From IMG/VR virus record IMGVR_UViG_3300037486_000582, positions 44,578 to 108,577 of that record: a stretch of DNA of 64,000 bases. One strand, 5' to 3'. This stretch comes from a virus. Positions within the stretch are counted from its first letter, which is position 1, and each line of letters starts with the position of its first letter. Shown one piece after another: positions 27,272 through 36,343 of this stretch. The translations under genes and the position numbers were made by a program. The notes under the pieces were generated by a model. That model saw only the letters and a list, made by a program, of their open reading frames with translations, had not been told where the DNA came from and made no database searches.

Positions 27272-28045
27272 TCAGCCTCCTGTCCCCGTTATTGCGTCGA
27301 CCGGCTCCGCGTCTGCCTCGTCATCGAACAGGCCGTCCAAGAGGCTCAACTGCCGCGTGTCCACGGGACCACGTTCCAGCCGCGAACGCATCTCGAGTAT
27401 ACCCTTGGGCGAGAAGCGAGCGAATGACGAAAGGTCTGCCACGCCGAGGTCATCCCAGAGCTCCCCGTACACGAGGACCATGGATGGCTGAATCGTGTCG
27501 ACCATCGCCCGGTACCCCTCGCAGAACCGACGTCGCACATCCTCCCCGACCCTGATACCTACCGTCGAAACGCAGACCGTCGAACGTCGCGCGATCCCGG
27601 CAAAGCAGAAGTCGAACGTACGCCAGTCGCCCCAGTTGACCGTGGGCACCACGACCGCCCCGCGAGCAGCCCAATAGGCGCCGAGCCACCGCGAGCGGTA
27701 GGTGTTCCAGAGCTGAAGCGCGGGCGGCCACTCGACGTACATGCTGAAGTCCGGCGTCAGCACGCCCTGCGCGCCAAGGACGTAGCGGTCGTACCTCCCG
27801 GGATTGTTCCAGACCGACTCGAATCGGTAGTCGTCGAAGAAGAAGTGCCAACAGCCGCCAGCCACTTCGTCGTCGTCGAGCTTGTTCCGGTTCACCCACG
27901 GAAGCAGCACGTCCGGCACCCAATCGACCGGGCCGGCGACATCTGGGAGGCCGAACCTGTTCGCGCTCCGATACAAGGACGTCGCGTGGAGCGGGTCCCA
28001 GTTGCCGGGGAGGCACTTCCAGTCCTTGACGTTCGGAATGCCCAT
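27272..28045 (-). CDS. DUF4417-family protein
   Basis: HFFFDDYRFESVWNNP, LTPDFSMY, QLWNTYRSRW, VVPTVNW, FDFCFAGI, VSTVG, LVYG. Confidence 0.85.
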   Translation of the reverse strand: MGIPNVKDWKCLPGNWDPLHATSLYRSANRFGLPDVAGPVDWVPDVLLPWVNRNKLDDDEVAGGCWHFFFDDYRFESVWNNPGRYDRYVLGAQGVLTPDFSMYVEWPPALQLWNTYRSRWLGAYWAARGAVVVPTVNWGDWRTFDFCFAGIARRSTVCVSTVGIRVGEDVRRRFCEGYRAMVDTIQPSMVLVYGELWDDLGVADLSSFARFSPKGILEMRSRLERGPVDTRQLSLLDGLFDDEADAEPVDAITGTGG

Positions 28046-28067
28046 GGCCTTCGTTTCTACCACGCCG

Positions 28068-28091
28068 GTCATTGAGCGTCTGCTCAATGAC
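28068..28091. promoter_or_regulatory. back-to-back pair of GCTCAATGAC elements (palindrome), divergent promoter candidate
   Basis: GTCATTGAGC-GTCT-GCTCAATGAC. Confidence 0.65.
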
Positions 28092-28097
28092 GTGGCC

Positions 28098-28526
28098 GTG
28101 ACGTTGCTACCGCTGCTGGACGACAAGCTCCCGGTGCTCCGCCGGCCGCATGAGCGCCTGGCCTCGGCGGACTTCATCGCCCTGTTCAGCGATGAAGATG
28201 CCGCTGCCATCCGGCTCGGAGAACGTGGGCGCATTCGCGTTCACGGCGTCGGGCACACATCCTGTCGGATCACGGTGATGCTGCGCGGACAGCGCCGTAT
28301 CGCGCTCCGCGCCGAGGTCGTGCGCGTTGCGCTCGTTGTCGGACTGGTCGAGATCGCCACGTCCTTCGGTTGGGACGTGGCGTACTCCGGTGGAATCGAG
28401 TCGGTGACGCGGATAAACGGGCTCGGGATGATCAAGCACCGTCCGGCGGTGGCCCTTGGGGATCTTGAGGTACGGAACCCCGGCGCTCCAGCACCGCGGA
28501 GACGAAGGCCCACGGCGGGCAGTTGA
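28098..28526 (+). CDS. hypothetical protein, probably leaderless
   Basis: GTG 6 nt after plus-strand GCTCAATGAC; fills a gap with no credible minus-strand gene. Confidence 0.5.
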   Translation: MTLLPLLDDKLPVLRRPHERLASADFIALFSDEDAAAIRLGERGRIRVHGVGHTSCRITVMLRGQRRIALRAEVVRVALVVGLVEIATSFGWDVAYSGGIESVTRINGLGMIKHRPAVALGDLEVRNPGAPAPRRRRPTAGS

Positions 28527-29601
28527 CGGCCTCGCTCCAGCCCACCGCCCGGGCAAGCCTGTCCCACTCGCGGTGCTCGTTGACCAGGGATGCCTCCTCG
28601 GTCCAGTCGTGGCCCCAGCCGACCGTCCCGTCCATCGCATGAGACGGCCCGTCGACCCACAGGGCGCTTGCCGCAGCCAGCTCGGCCGGCCGGTCGACAA
28701 GCGTCACGTCCCAGTACGGGTCGCACCAGGCATCGCACCAGCGCGTTACGTCCTCGTCCAGCGTGGGCTCGACGCGCACGCGGACGGGCGGGTCCAGATG
28801 GAACTCGCGGAAGTCGTCGCCGACGTATCCATAGACGGTGCGCGCAACCAGGATCTTCCCGACGTGGGCAGCGAACTCCGCGCGACAGAGCGCCTCGGCG
28901 CGCAGCCGCCCCGCCGCCTCCGGACCGGGCGGACTGACGCGCTCCGCCGCAACGGGCTCCCCGAGCGGAGCAGCGCCGGCGACAGCCGCCTTGATGGCGA
29001 TGGTGGCCTCGTCCGGTGTGTTCCAGCCGTCGGGGACAGCCGCCACGATTGCGTCGATCCAGCGACGGCGCGACCGTGCGAAGGCGGCGACCCGCTCGCG
29101 CAGCTCCAGAATGGTCGCGTTGGCGTCGGTCAGTGCATCTGGAAGTTCGGGGTGCTCGACGCGCGGTAGGCGCCCCATGATGCTCTGCGAGAGCCCGGAC
29201 AACTCATCAGCGACCTGGTAGCAGGCCAGCGCGCGTTCCTCCGCCAACATGTCCACGACACGCGGAGCGCCTTCCTTGCGGAGCCGCTTCGCCTCAGCCT
29301 CGTGTCGGTCGCCGGCTGCGAGCACGAGATCGACGACGCCTGGCGGCGGCCCGGCGAGCGCCGGGTTGGCGACGTCGGACTGGTCGGTTTCGCCCAGGTC
29401 GAGCTCGGCCTGGCGTTCGGCTTCCAAGTCCTCGCTGTTGTGCAGCGCCCCCAGGTCCGCACGCTCCCGCAGCAGCAGCACGGCTTCGTCGGCAAGCCCG
29501 ACACCGAGCGCCGCTGCTCGTGGGGGCTCGGCCATCGACGAGTACCTGTTGAAGCTGTCTCCGAAGACGGCTGCCCAGACCTGACGTTCCAGCAAGTTCA
29601 T
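28432..29601 (-). CDS. hypothetical protein
   Basis: GGAGG RBS, ATGA overlap at 29601. Confidence 0.6.
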   Translation of the reverse strand: MNLLERQVWAAVFGDSFNRYSSMAEPPRAAALGVGLADEAVLLLRERADLGALHNSEDLEAERQAELDLGETDQSDVANPALAGPPPGVVDLVLAAGDRHEAEAKRLRKEGAPRVVDMLAEERALACYQVADELSGLSQSIMGRLPRVEHPELPDALTDANATILELRERVAAFARSRRRWIDAIVAAVPDGWNTPDEATIAIKAAVAGAAPLGEPVAAERVSPPGPEAAGRLRAEALCRAEFAAHVGKILVARTVYGYVGDDFREFHLDPPVRVRVEPTLDEDVTRWCDAWCDPYWDVTLVDRPAELAAASALWVDGPSHAMDGTVGWGHDWTEEASLVNEHREWDRLARAVGWSEAVNCPPWAFVSAVLERRGSVPQDPQGPPPDGA

Positions 29602-30374
29602 GGTGCCTCCACGCTCTCGGCGAACTGTCGGATGATGTCCAAGATGCCACGCGAATCGAACCCGATCACGGAGCCCGCTTGGTTCGCTGCGATCTTGGCC
29701 AGGCTGACGTGGTCGATGGCAGACTGACGACGGATCGTCTCCCAGAAGTCGTCCGCCGGGCCAACGTCGGCATCCAGCCACGCGGCAACCTGAAGTGGGA
29801 GCCCGCGGACGTAGATGTCGCGCGGCCACCCGAGCCCCGCGGCGGCGGTCATCGCCACCTGGATCGAGGTCGCCACCGGAGCCCCGTTGTCGACCACGGC
29901 GACCATCGGCCGCTCCCCGTCTTCGCGCTCCGCGTAGGGACGGCAGGCGTCCCGCCCATCGAAGACGATGTACGTCCTGCAGCTGGTCGGCCTGACGGCG
30001 TACACGGTGCAGCGGTTCTGTCGGTCGAGCAACGGGCACCGGCTCATGCGCTCGCTCTCCCGACCGACGAGCAGCGTACGCTCCTGCTTCTCGCCAGCTC
30101 GGCGCAGTGCGCGGCGAAAGGAACGCGTCGCCCGACCGGCCGCGGTCAAGGCGCGAGCGACGGCCAGCGCCTCGACGAACGTCGTCAGGACTGGCTGGTA
30201 GCAGCAGTGCCCAAGCCCGCAGCCCGGACAAGCCGCCCGGCGCCCATCCACAAGCAGTCGCACTCCGGCCGCCTCGGACCAGCGGTCCGACGACCGCTTC
30301 ACCATGGCGTCCACGTCGGACAGCCGTTGTCCGAAGAAGACGGCCTCGGCCGCAGCGTCGAGCGCCCTACCCAT
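29598..30374 (-). CDS. YkgJ-family Cys-cluster (putative Fe-S/Zn) protein
   Basis: ACPGCGLGHCC ... CPLLD..NRCTVYAVRPTSCRTY. Confidence 0.8.
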   Translation of the reverse strand: MGRALDAAAEAVFFGQRLSDVDAMVKRSSDRWSEAAGVRLLVDGRRAACPGCGLGHCCYQPVLTTFVEALAVARALTAAGRATRSFRRALRRAGEKQERTLLVGRESERMSRCPLLDRQNRCTVYAVRPTSCRTYIVFDGRDACRPYAEREDGERPMVAVVDNGAPVATSIQVAMTAAAGLGWPRDIYVRGLPLQVAAWLDADVGPADDFWETIRRQSAIDHVSLAKIAANQAGSVIGFDSRGILDIIRQFAESVEAP

Positions 30375-30563
30375 GCAACCTCCGCCGCCCCTCCAGCCAA
30401 CGCCCGATGGCGCCGTACAGCTCGCGGACGTGGTCTTCGTGGAGCACGAGGCACGCTGCTCCCTCCGGCAGCACGACCTCGAACATCAGCCCGTCCGCGG
30501 CGTCCGGCCGGACGATGAGCCGCGACTCGTAGTGGAGGCCGGACCCGACCCCTTCCTTGGAGG

Positions 30564-30869
30564 TCAGCACGGCCGGCCCCGCTCCGCGTACAGCGACATG
30601 AGCAGCGCGATGCCCGAATCGCGGGACACCGTCATCCGGGCAGTCCACGGTGACAACCCCTGGGCCGGTCGAACCTCCCAGTGGTGCGGCCCCTCCAACA
30701 ACCACCCGAGCCGTGTCGCCAGCGAACTGCCTGGAGCGACCCGCCTGGTCACCTCGTACTCGCCGCGAACGCGCTGACGGACGATGACCCTGGCGTCCTT
30801 CGCTGGGCAGCCGCCTTCCCAGTGGCCGAGCGCGTCCACGAAGGCGACCTTCTCCGCCGCGTAGTCCAT
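30564..30869 (-). CDS. hypothetical protein
   Basis: TGATG coupling with upstream gene. Confidence 0.45.
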   Translation of the reverse strand: MDYAAEKVAFVDALGHWEGGCPAKDARVIVRQRVRGEYEVTRRVAPGSSLATRLGWLLEGPHHWEVRPAQGLSPWTARMTVSRDSGIALLMSLYAERGRPC

Positions 30870-31138
30870 CAGCGCCCCGTCTCGTGCCAGTAGGCGCAGC
30901 AGTTCTTCAGCTCGTCGACGGCGTCCATCGTGGTACGAGACGGCCGCAGCACGAGCGTCCGTCCCCAGGCGGACAGGAGCCACGTCGAGAGCGGGCGCGC
31001 GACCTCGATGCCCCAGCAGGACGGCAGCCAGTACCAGACGCGGTTTCGGCGCACCGAGAGGCGCGGCAGCGCCCGCGTCACCTCCCGACAGAACCGAACG
31101 ACCCCTATCCGCCCCATGTAGCGTTCCTGCGTGGGCAT
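30869..31138 (-). CDS. hypothetical protein
   Basis: TGATG coupling on both sides. Confidence 0.45.
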   Translation of the reverse strand: MPTQERYMGRIGVVRFCREVTRALPRLSVRRNRVWYWLPSCWGIEVARPLSTWLLSAWGRTLVLRPSRTTMDAVDELKNCCAYWHETGR

Positions 31139-31341
31139 CAGGCCACCCCCGTCGGGTGAGCAGCCCGTCCCCGCGCCTGCTGCGCCAGGAGCCGCATGGA
31201 CTTCGCCTGCTCGCGGAGCGCCCGCGCGTTGCTCTCCAGGCGGTCAGCCTCGGCCTCGACGCCCGCTGCCTGGCGTTCCCAGGCTTCCGCGTCGCAGATC
31301 TCGTACCGCTGTCGCGCGTCGGCCATCACCGATCCGTTCAT
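31138..31341 (-). CDS. small coiled-coil hypothetical protein
   Basis: GCTCAATGAC motif and GGAGG before ATG 31341. Confidence 0.55.
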   Translation of the reverse strand: MNGSVMADARQRYEICDAEAWERQAAGVEAEADRLESNARALREQAKSMRLLAQQARGRAAHPTGVA

Positions 31342-31448
31342 CGCGTCCTCCGTTCTGGTCATTGAGCGCCTGACGGGACCAGGCCTCCTGCAGTCGCGCT
31401 GTCCAAATTGGCTGGAATGGCAGCCGCGGTCAACGGCTGCTCGCACCG

Positions 31449-31649
31449 TCAGGCCAAGCCGGCGGTGGCGCGACCGGCCACGATCTTGATGACCAGACGC
31501 TCCAGCGCCTCCTTCAGCGACGCGTGCTGGCTCTCGAAATTGGCGTTCTTGCTGTAGGCGCGAACGGTCCACAGGCCGATCTTCCTGTGGGCGAACATCT
31601 CCGTGATCTCCAGCTCCCCGAACGTCTCGTCCAAGCCATCCAAGTGCAT
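31449..31649 (-). CDS. hypothetical protein
   Basis: ORF in operon context. Confidence 0.5.
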   Translation of the reverse strand: MHLDGLDETFGELEITEMFAHRKIGLWTVRAYSKNANFESQHASLKEALERLVIKIVAGRATAGLA

Positions 31650-31653
31650 CCCG

Positions 31654-31947
31654 CTACCCTACCCTCTCCCACCGCGCCCACGCGGTGCCGTCGAACGTCT
31701 CGAGGAACTGGAGCCCCATCACCACGAATCCCTCCGGAACCCCGAACTCGGGGCCGGCCGTGATCCAGGTCACGCCCGCCCGGAGGGCCATCCCGGACAT
31801 GCGGCTGTACTTCGGGATGAACTCCCACAGCTCGAGCAAGTCCCCGACGTGGAAACCGCGATCGTCCTTCCGCCACTCGTACGTCTTCAGCCCGTCCTTG
31901 ATCGCCATGAACTCCCGAGGCCAGCACTTCAGGGTGTGGACCTTCAT
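31654..31947 (-). CDS. DUF3850 / ASCH-PUA domain protein
   Basis: HTLKCWPREF.AI.DGLKTYEWRKDDRGFHVGDLLELWE...GFVVMG. Confidence 0.85.
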   Translation of the reverse strand: MKVHTLKCWPREFMAIKDGLKTYEWRKDDRGFHVGDLLELWEFIPKYSRMSGMALRAGVTWITAGPEFGVPEGFVVMGLQFLETFDGTAWARWERVG

Positions 31948-32010
31948 CAGAAGTCGACCTCCGCGTTCTCCACAATCGCCCGAAGGTCCGCGCCCGGCGG
32001 AACGGTAGCC

Positions 32011-32244
32011 TTAGCTCGCGTCATCTTCATCCACAGCCTCCAAATCCCGGGCCGCAAACCAGAAGGCGATCGCGCCCACCTTGACGGAGTAGCGGATCGG
32101 CGCATAGCTGCGCTCGCCCATTGCCGGACTGTTCTGCTCCGGGCTGCAAACCTCCGCGACCTCCGCGACGACTTCAGATCCGCGCAGACGCACCCGCTCC
32201 CCGACCTTGAACGGGTTGCCCTTCGACCCGCGCCTACCCGGCAT
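32011..32244 (-). CDS. small SH3/KOW-like hypothetical protein
   Basis: FKVGERVRL...YSVK...WFAARDLE; GGAGG RBS. Confidence 0.55.
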   Translation of the reverse strand: MPGRRGSKGNPFKVGERVRLRGSEVVAEVAEVCSPEQNSPAMGERSYAPIRYSVKVGAIAFWFAARDLEAVDEDDAS

Positions 32245-32476
32245 CGTCCCCTCCGTCGATCTCCGGCGCGAGCCACGCCTCCACCATGTCCAGTGCTTCA
32301 CGCACCGTGTGCGCCGCAGCCGTTTGGGGCAAGGGCTGGTCGCCTTCGACACAACCACGGAGCCACCACCCGCGCTTGCCGCCGACCGCGCAGTATTCGA
32401 TTCGTAGTTGCTCCGTCGTCGTCAACTTGAGCGCGCGGGCGAGTCGTTCTTCGCGGGCTATCACCGAGAGGTTCAT
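32234..32476 (-). CDS. hypothetical protein
   Basis: GGAGG RBS, ATGA overlap. Confidence 0.5.
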   Translation of the reverse strand: MNLSVIAREERLARALKLTTTEQLRIEYCAVGGKRGWWLRGCVEGDQPLPQTAAAHTVREALDMVEAWLAPEIDGGDDAG

Positions 32477-32718
32477 TCGTCCGCCTCCGCAACGAGCAGC
32501 TCCGCGTACTCGTCGCCGTAGCACTCGCGCACCGACTCGACGACTACGTCACGAAGGCAATCAGCCGGGGTGTCGCCCGCGTCGAAGCTCTCGCGCAGCG
32601 CCATGTCCTCCAAGTCGAACAGCTCCAGCGGAACGCGCGCCCGCACGAGCACGTCGACATCTTCCAGCCACTCGGCGAACGCCCGGTCGCCGTCGGCGTA
32701 CTCCGTCGCCCGGCTCAT
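32473..32718 (-). CDS. acidic hypothetical protein
   Basis: FAEWLEDVD...ESFDAGDTP; ATGA overlap. Confidence 0.6.
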   Translation of the reverse strand: MSRATEYADGDRAFAEWLEDVDVLVRARVPLELFDLEDMALRESFDAGDTPADCLRDVVVESVRECYGDEYAELLVAEADE

Positions 32719-32972
32719 GTGCCGACCCGCTCGAGCGCCCCCGGGTGAACATAGAGCGCCCCGGCGTCGTCACGGACAACGGCGTAGCCGTGTGGTTTGG
32801 AGAAGCGGTCGAGGACGAACCGCCGCCCGAGCACCGCCCGCGCCACCGCATCGACCGCGTAACGCACGATGACCTCGTCACCGGGCTTCAGCTTCCGCCA
32901 CTTCTCGTCGCCCCTGTCCCGGGCGACCGCAGCCGACAACGGCGTCCGCGTGAGTTCTGCGCCCTGTGCCAT
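32715..32972 (-). CDS. hypothetical protein
   Basis: AAGGAGG RBS before ATG 32972. Confidence 0.55.
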   Translation of the reverse strand: MAQGAELTRTPLSAAVARDRGDEKWRKLKPGDEVIVRYAVDAVARAVLGRRFVLDRFSKPHGYAVVRDDAGALYVHPGALERVGT

Positions 32973-32983
32973 CGAACCCTCCT

Positions 32984-33217
32984 TCACCCAAGCATCCGTT
33001 CCAGCCGAGCAGCGAGCACTTGCGCCCCTCCCAGCAGGCGCAGCTCCTCCCCAGCGTACTCCGTTCCAACGCGCTCCCCGCGGACCACAATCACGGCTAT
33101 GCCGTGGATCGGCTTGTCGCTCGCCCGGACGCGTTCCGCCGCCGCCAACAGCAGCTCCGCCCACCCGTCGATGTCGGCTGGGCTGTCGCGAAGGACGTGG
33201 ATGTTCGCCCCGCTCAT
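32984..33217 (-). CDS. hypothetical protein
   Basis: ATGA overlap. Confidence 0.5.
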   Translation of the reverse strand: MSGANIHVLRDSPADIDGWAELLLAAAERVRASDKPIHGIAVIVVRGERVGTEYAGEELRLLGGAQVLAARLERMLG

Positions 33218-33408
33218 TGCCCGGCCCGGCCCGGTGCCTGTCCAGCGAGGTTCCATCGCGTCTGCGCCTCGGGCGCGTCCGGAGTGGCCGCCCTGGACAG
33301 CGAGGTCTTCGTCATCTCCGCTTCCTGTGCCATGTTGCCTCCGCGCCCCGGGTCATTGCGCGCCCGGTGGGCGCGCGCAAGGAAGAAAGAAACCGTCGGC
33401 GACTCCTG

Positions 33409-33747
33409 TCACGGACGGAGCGTCAGCCGGATCACGCCCCACTCGCTCCGCTCCACATCGTTCAGCACCCACGCGGCATCGTTGAACCGTACCGGGAGCC
33501 CGATGTACGCCTGGAGGGCAGCCGTCGCCCAGAGCGTAACCTCGCTCGTGCGGCCCCCACGCCAGAGCAACAGAACGACCAGGAGGCCGGGAGCTTCGTC
33601 CGCGATCCGCATGAAGAGGACCGGAACCAGGTCGGCTCCGAGCCGCACCTCCGCCTCGGCAGCCACGGCGTCCGCTTGGGTTCTGGCACAGACGAGCAAC
33701 GCACCGCCCTCGTCCACCACGATGAGCGGTTTCGCCGGCGACCCCAT
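33409..33747 (-). CDS. hypothetical protein, paralog family A
   Basis: IVVDEGGALLVCART...AEAEVRLG. Confidence 0.55.
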   Translation of the reverse strand: MGSPAKPLIVVDEGGALLVCARTQADAVAAEAEVRLGADLVPVLFMRIADEAPGLLVVLLLWRGGRTSEVTLWATAALQAYIGLPVRFNDAAWVLNDVERSEWGVIRLTLRP

Positions 33748-34181
33748 CAGTTTGCTCCGAGCATCCAAACGAGCTCGAGCTCCAAAGTTCGATTCGCCTC
33801 CGTGGCGCCAAGCAGGAAGAGCCAACGGGAATCGGCGAGCACGGGATAGTGCATGAAGGCGCGGAGCGACAACGCGAGCCAACGCTCCGACACGTCACCA
33901 TAGACCGACCGACATGTGCCGTCGCGGTCGCGGAAGGGGCGCGGAAGGCGGACGCCACGGATGGACGCCACGACGTCACCCCGTCCCCGCTCCTTCACGA
34001 CGCGCCGGTAGGCTCCGACGGCCATCGTGTCGACCTCGTACCGCAGCCCACCGAGCCGCGCCTCGGCTTCGGCCAACGTCGCTGCTCGGCGTGTGGCGGC
34101 AAGCGTGACGGCGCAGCCCCGCGTGTCGATGAAGACCACAGGGTCTAGACCCGCAACGGTATCGTTCACGGCAACGCCCAT
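33747..34181 (-). CDS. hypothetical protein, paralog family A
   Basis: VFIDTRGCAVTLAAT...AEAEARLG. Confidence 0.55.
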   Translation of the reverse strand: MGVAVNDTVAGLDPVVFIDTRGCAVTLAATRRAATLAEAEARLGGLRYEVDTMAVGAYRRVVKERGRGDVVASIRGVRLPRPFRDRDGTCRSVYGDVSERWLALSLRAFMHYPVLADSRWLFLLGATEANRTLELELVWMLGAN

Positions 34182-34480
34182 CAGCGCGGTCCCCTTCGCC
34201 CGGCGCGGTCACCCGGCGAACTGACCGCCGTGGCCTCGCGCTGGGCGGCGTCCGACGTCCTGTTCTGGTCAACCGGAGGGAATGGTAGCTCGGCGAGCAG
34301 CCTGTCGTAGTTACAGCCGCCGGACGAGCAGTAGACCGAGACGGCCTCCGGTCGGTAGAACCGAACACCGTCAATCTCAACGGAGCCGCTCGTCATCATC
34401 GCACCGACGACCTGGCCTCCGCACACCGGACAGACCGGGTAAGGCGGACGCCGCATCCTGTCTGGCGTGCCCACGGTCAC
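34181..34480 (-). CDS. small Zn-ribbon hypothetical protein
   Basis: CPVCGG...CSSGGC. Confidence 0.5.
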   Translation of the reverse strand: MTVGTPDRMRRPPYPVCPVCGGQVVGAMMTSGSVEIDGVRFYRPEAVSVYCSSGGCNYDRLLAELPFPPVDQNRTSDAAQREATAVSSPGDRAGRRGPR

Positions 34481-35205
34481 TCCTCCTCGGGCTCGTCGGC
34501 CAGGGCGGCGTCAACTACGTCACGCACCGAGCGTCTGTAGCACCCGCCGGCATACCGCAGCGGTCTGATCTCAGAGCCCGTATCGCGCAGCCCGATCCAG
34601 CAGTCCTGAGTCTCTAGCCAGTCAACGCGGCGCGTGTCGGCCATGGTGGCAACGTCGGAGCTATCGAGCGCGGCGTCGATCAGTGCGACCACGTCGGCCA
34701 CGTCACCGTCGTTCTTGAAGAGCCTCAAGCACGCGGCCCACGACGCGGAGCGCGCCTTCCACTGCACTACAGCAGCCTCGGCCTTCTCGGCGCGGGCGAC
34801 GGCGGCGTCGCGCTCCGCGATCAGTTCGCGTGCGTGCCGCTCTATCGCCGTCGCAGGATCGGCGGGGTCGTCCCCGAGCATGCATTGGTTGTCGAGCGCC
34901 TCCAGCAGCGGCTCGTCGGCTCGGGGCGGCTTCACCGGCGACATCGCAGCTGCGATGTTCAACTCCGAGGGCAAACCAGACCCAGCGCCGCGCGGACAGC
35001 CCGGCGCGATGTGCCAGTCGTGCTCGCCACACAGCTCGGGCGGGCACGGGCACTTCATGCCGAGCATGCAGTCGACGGACGGGTCGCAGCACGGAAACAG
35101 GTCGCGCGCCTCGCAGGCGCACTCTCCGTCCTCGTTGAATAGCCCGTCCCAGCCTTCAGCCTCGACGGCCCGGACGACGAGGTCGCGGATCGACGCGGGC
35201 ATCAT
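34477..35205 (-). CDS. hypothetical protein with Cys-rich N-terminus
   Basis: GWDGLFNEDGECAC...DLFPCC. Confidence 0.6.
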   Translation of the reverse strand: MMPASIRDLVVRAVEAEGWDGLFNEDGECACEARDLFPCCDPSVDCMLGMKCPCPPELCGEHDWHIAPGCPRGAGSGLPSELNIAAAMSPVKPPRADEPLLEALDNQCMLGDDPADPATAIERHARELIAERDAAVARAEKAEAAVVQWKARSASWAACLRLFKNDGDVADVVALIDAALDSSDVATMADTRRVDWLETQDCWIGLRDTGSEIRPLRYAGGCYRRSVRDVVDAALADEPEEE

Positions 35206-35564
35206 CGCACCACCCCGAGAATGCGCTCCAGATCGGCCAGCGGAGGCCTGTCCTCGGTCGTGATTTCGCCCTGGTGCCCGAGCGGCCCGCCTTCGACGGC
35301 GACGGCAGCTACCCGCCCGGCCCGGTTGATCGCCGCGACGCAGTCGGTCGTCGCCGTCGGAGCGATGAACTCGGCGACGGCGACGCGGTAGTGCTCCAGC
35401 ACCGCCCACAGCACGCGGCAGCGATCGCGCCGTTCCTCGGCCAGCCGCTTCTGCCAGGCCAGGTCGCCGCCCAGAGCAGCCTCCAGCGCGTCCTGGGCAG
35501 CCTCGGCCCGGCGGACCGCCGCGTCGCGTTCCCGCTGCATCCTCTTGACGTAGGACTCGCTCAT
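35202..35564 (-). CDS. hypothetical coiled-coil protein
   Basis: ATGA overlaps. Confidence 0.5.
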   Translation of the reverse strand: MSESYVKRMQRERDAAVRRAEAAQDALEAALGGDLAWQKRLAEERRDRCRVLWAVLEHYRVAVAEFIAPTATTDCVAAINRAGRVAAVAVEGGPLGHQGEITTEDRPPLADLERILGVVR

Positions 35565-35704
35565 GACTCGAACCCCGGGAATCGCCGCAACCAACGGGCG
35601 GCGCCGGCGGCCGCCGCGACGGCGCCGTCGATGACCCACGCGAGGCACACCAGCCAGCGCGGGAACACGGTCGGGTGGTGGAACATGGTCGGCCTCCGGC
35701 CTGA

Positions 35705-36343
35705 TCATTGCGCGGACCGGAGCCACAGCTCGGCGCCCGGGTCGCCATAGGCGGGCAGCCGCAGCGCGACTGCTGCTCCGACCACACGGGCCACGGTACT
35801 CGGGCGGGTCGCCCGGCCGACGCGGAACACACCGACCCCGTAGACAGCCACGTCCACGACCACGAGCCGCCCGGCCGCCGACCACTCCGGGACGTGGTCC
35901 GGCGTCCACTCCGGGGTCGTCACAAACCAGCCTTCCCGCGACAGCAACGGGTTGAGGCAGACGACCTTCTGTCGACTGACCGCCCGGCCGAGCCGACGCA
36001 CGCCCGTCGGCAGAAAGCCCTCGGCCCGGGCCGCCCGCTCCTCCAGCCAGACCGTGAGCCGGCCGCACCCCAGCCGCCACTCCGCGACGACCGTGTCCGG
36101 CAGCCGGTCGAGCAGCGCCCGCCGCAGAGCGTCGCCGTCGAGCTCGTCGAACGTCGAGACCGGAACCCGTCGGGCGCCCTCCGACGGCCCGCGCCCCGGC
36201 CAGAAGGGTCCGGCACCTGTCGTGTAGTCGATGCTGACGCTGTACCTGACCGACTTCTGCGTCGCCCACCAGCGGTAGGGCAGCCCCGCGCCTTCCCGTA
36301 GCCGAACCCGCCGCCGCCTGTTGTACCCGGTGCCCCGGCTCAC
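35705..36343 (-). CDS. hypothetical protein
   Basis: GTGA overlap. Confidence 0.5.
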   Translation of the reverse strand: MSRGTGYNRRRRVRLREGAGLPYRWWATQKSVRYSVSIDYTTGAGPFWPGRGPSEGARRVPVSTFDELDGDALRRALLDRLPDTVVAEWRLGCGRLTVWLEERAARAEGFLPTGVRRLGRAVSRQKVVCLNPLLSREGWFVTTPEWTPDHVPEWSAAGRLVVVDVAVYGVGVFRVGRATRPSTVARVVGAAVALRLPAYGDPGAELWLRSAQ

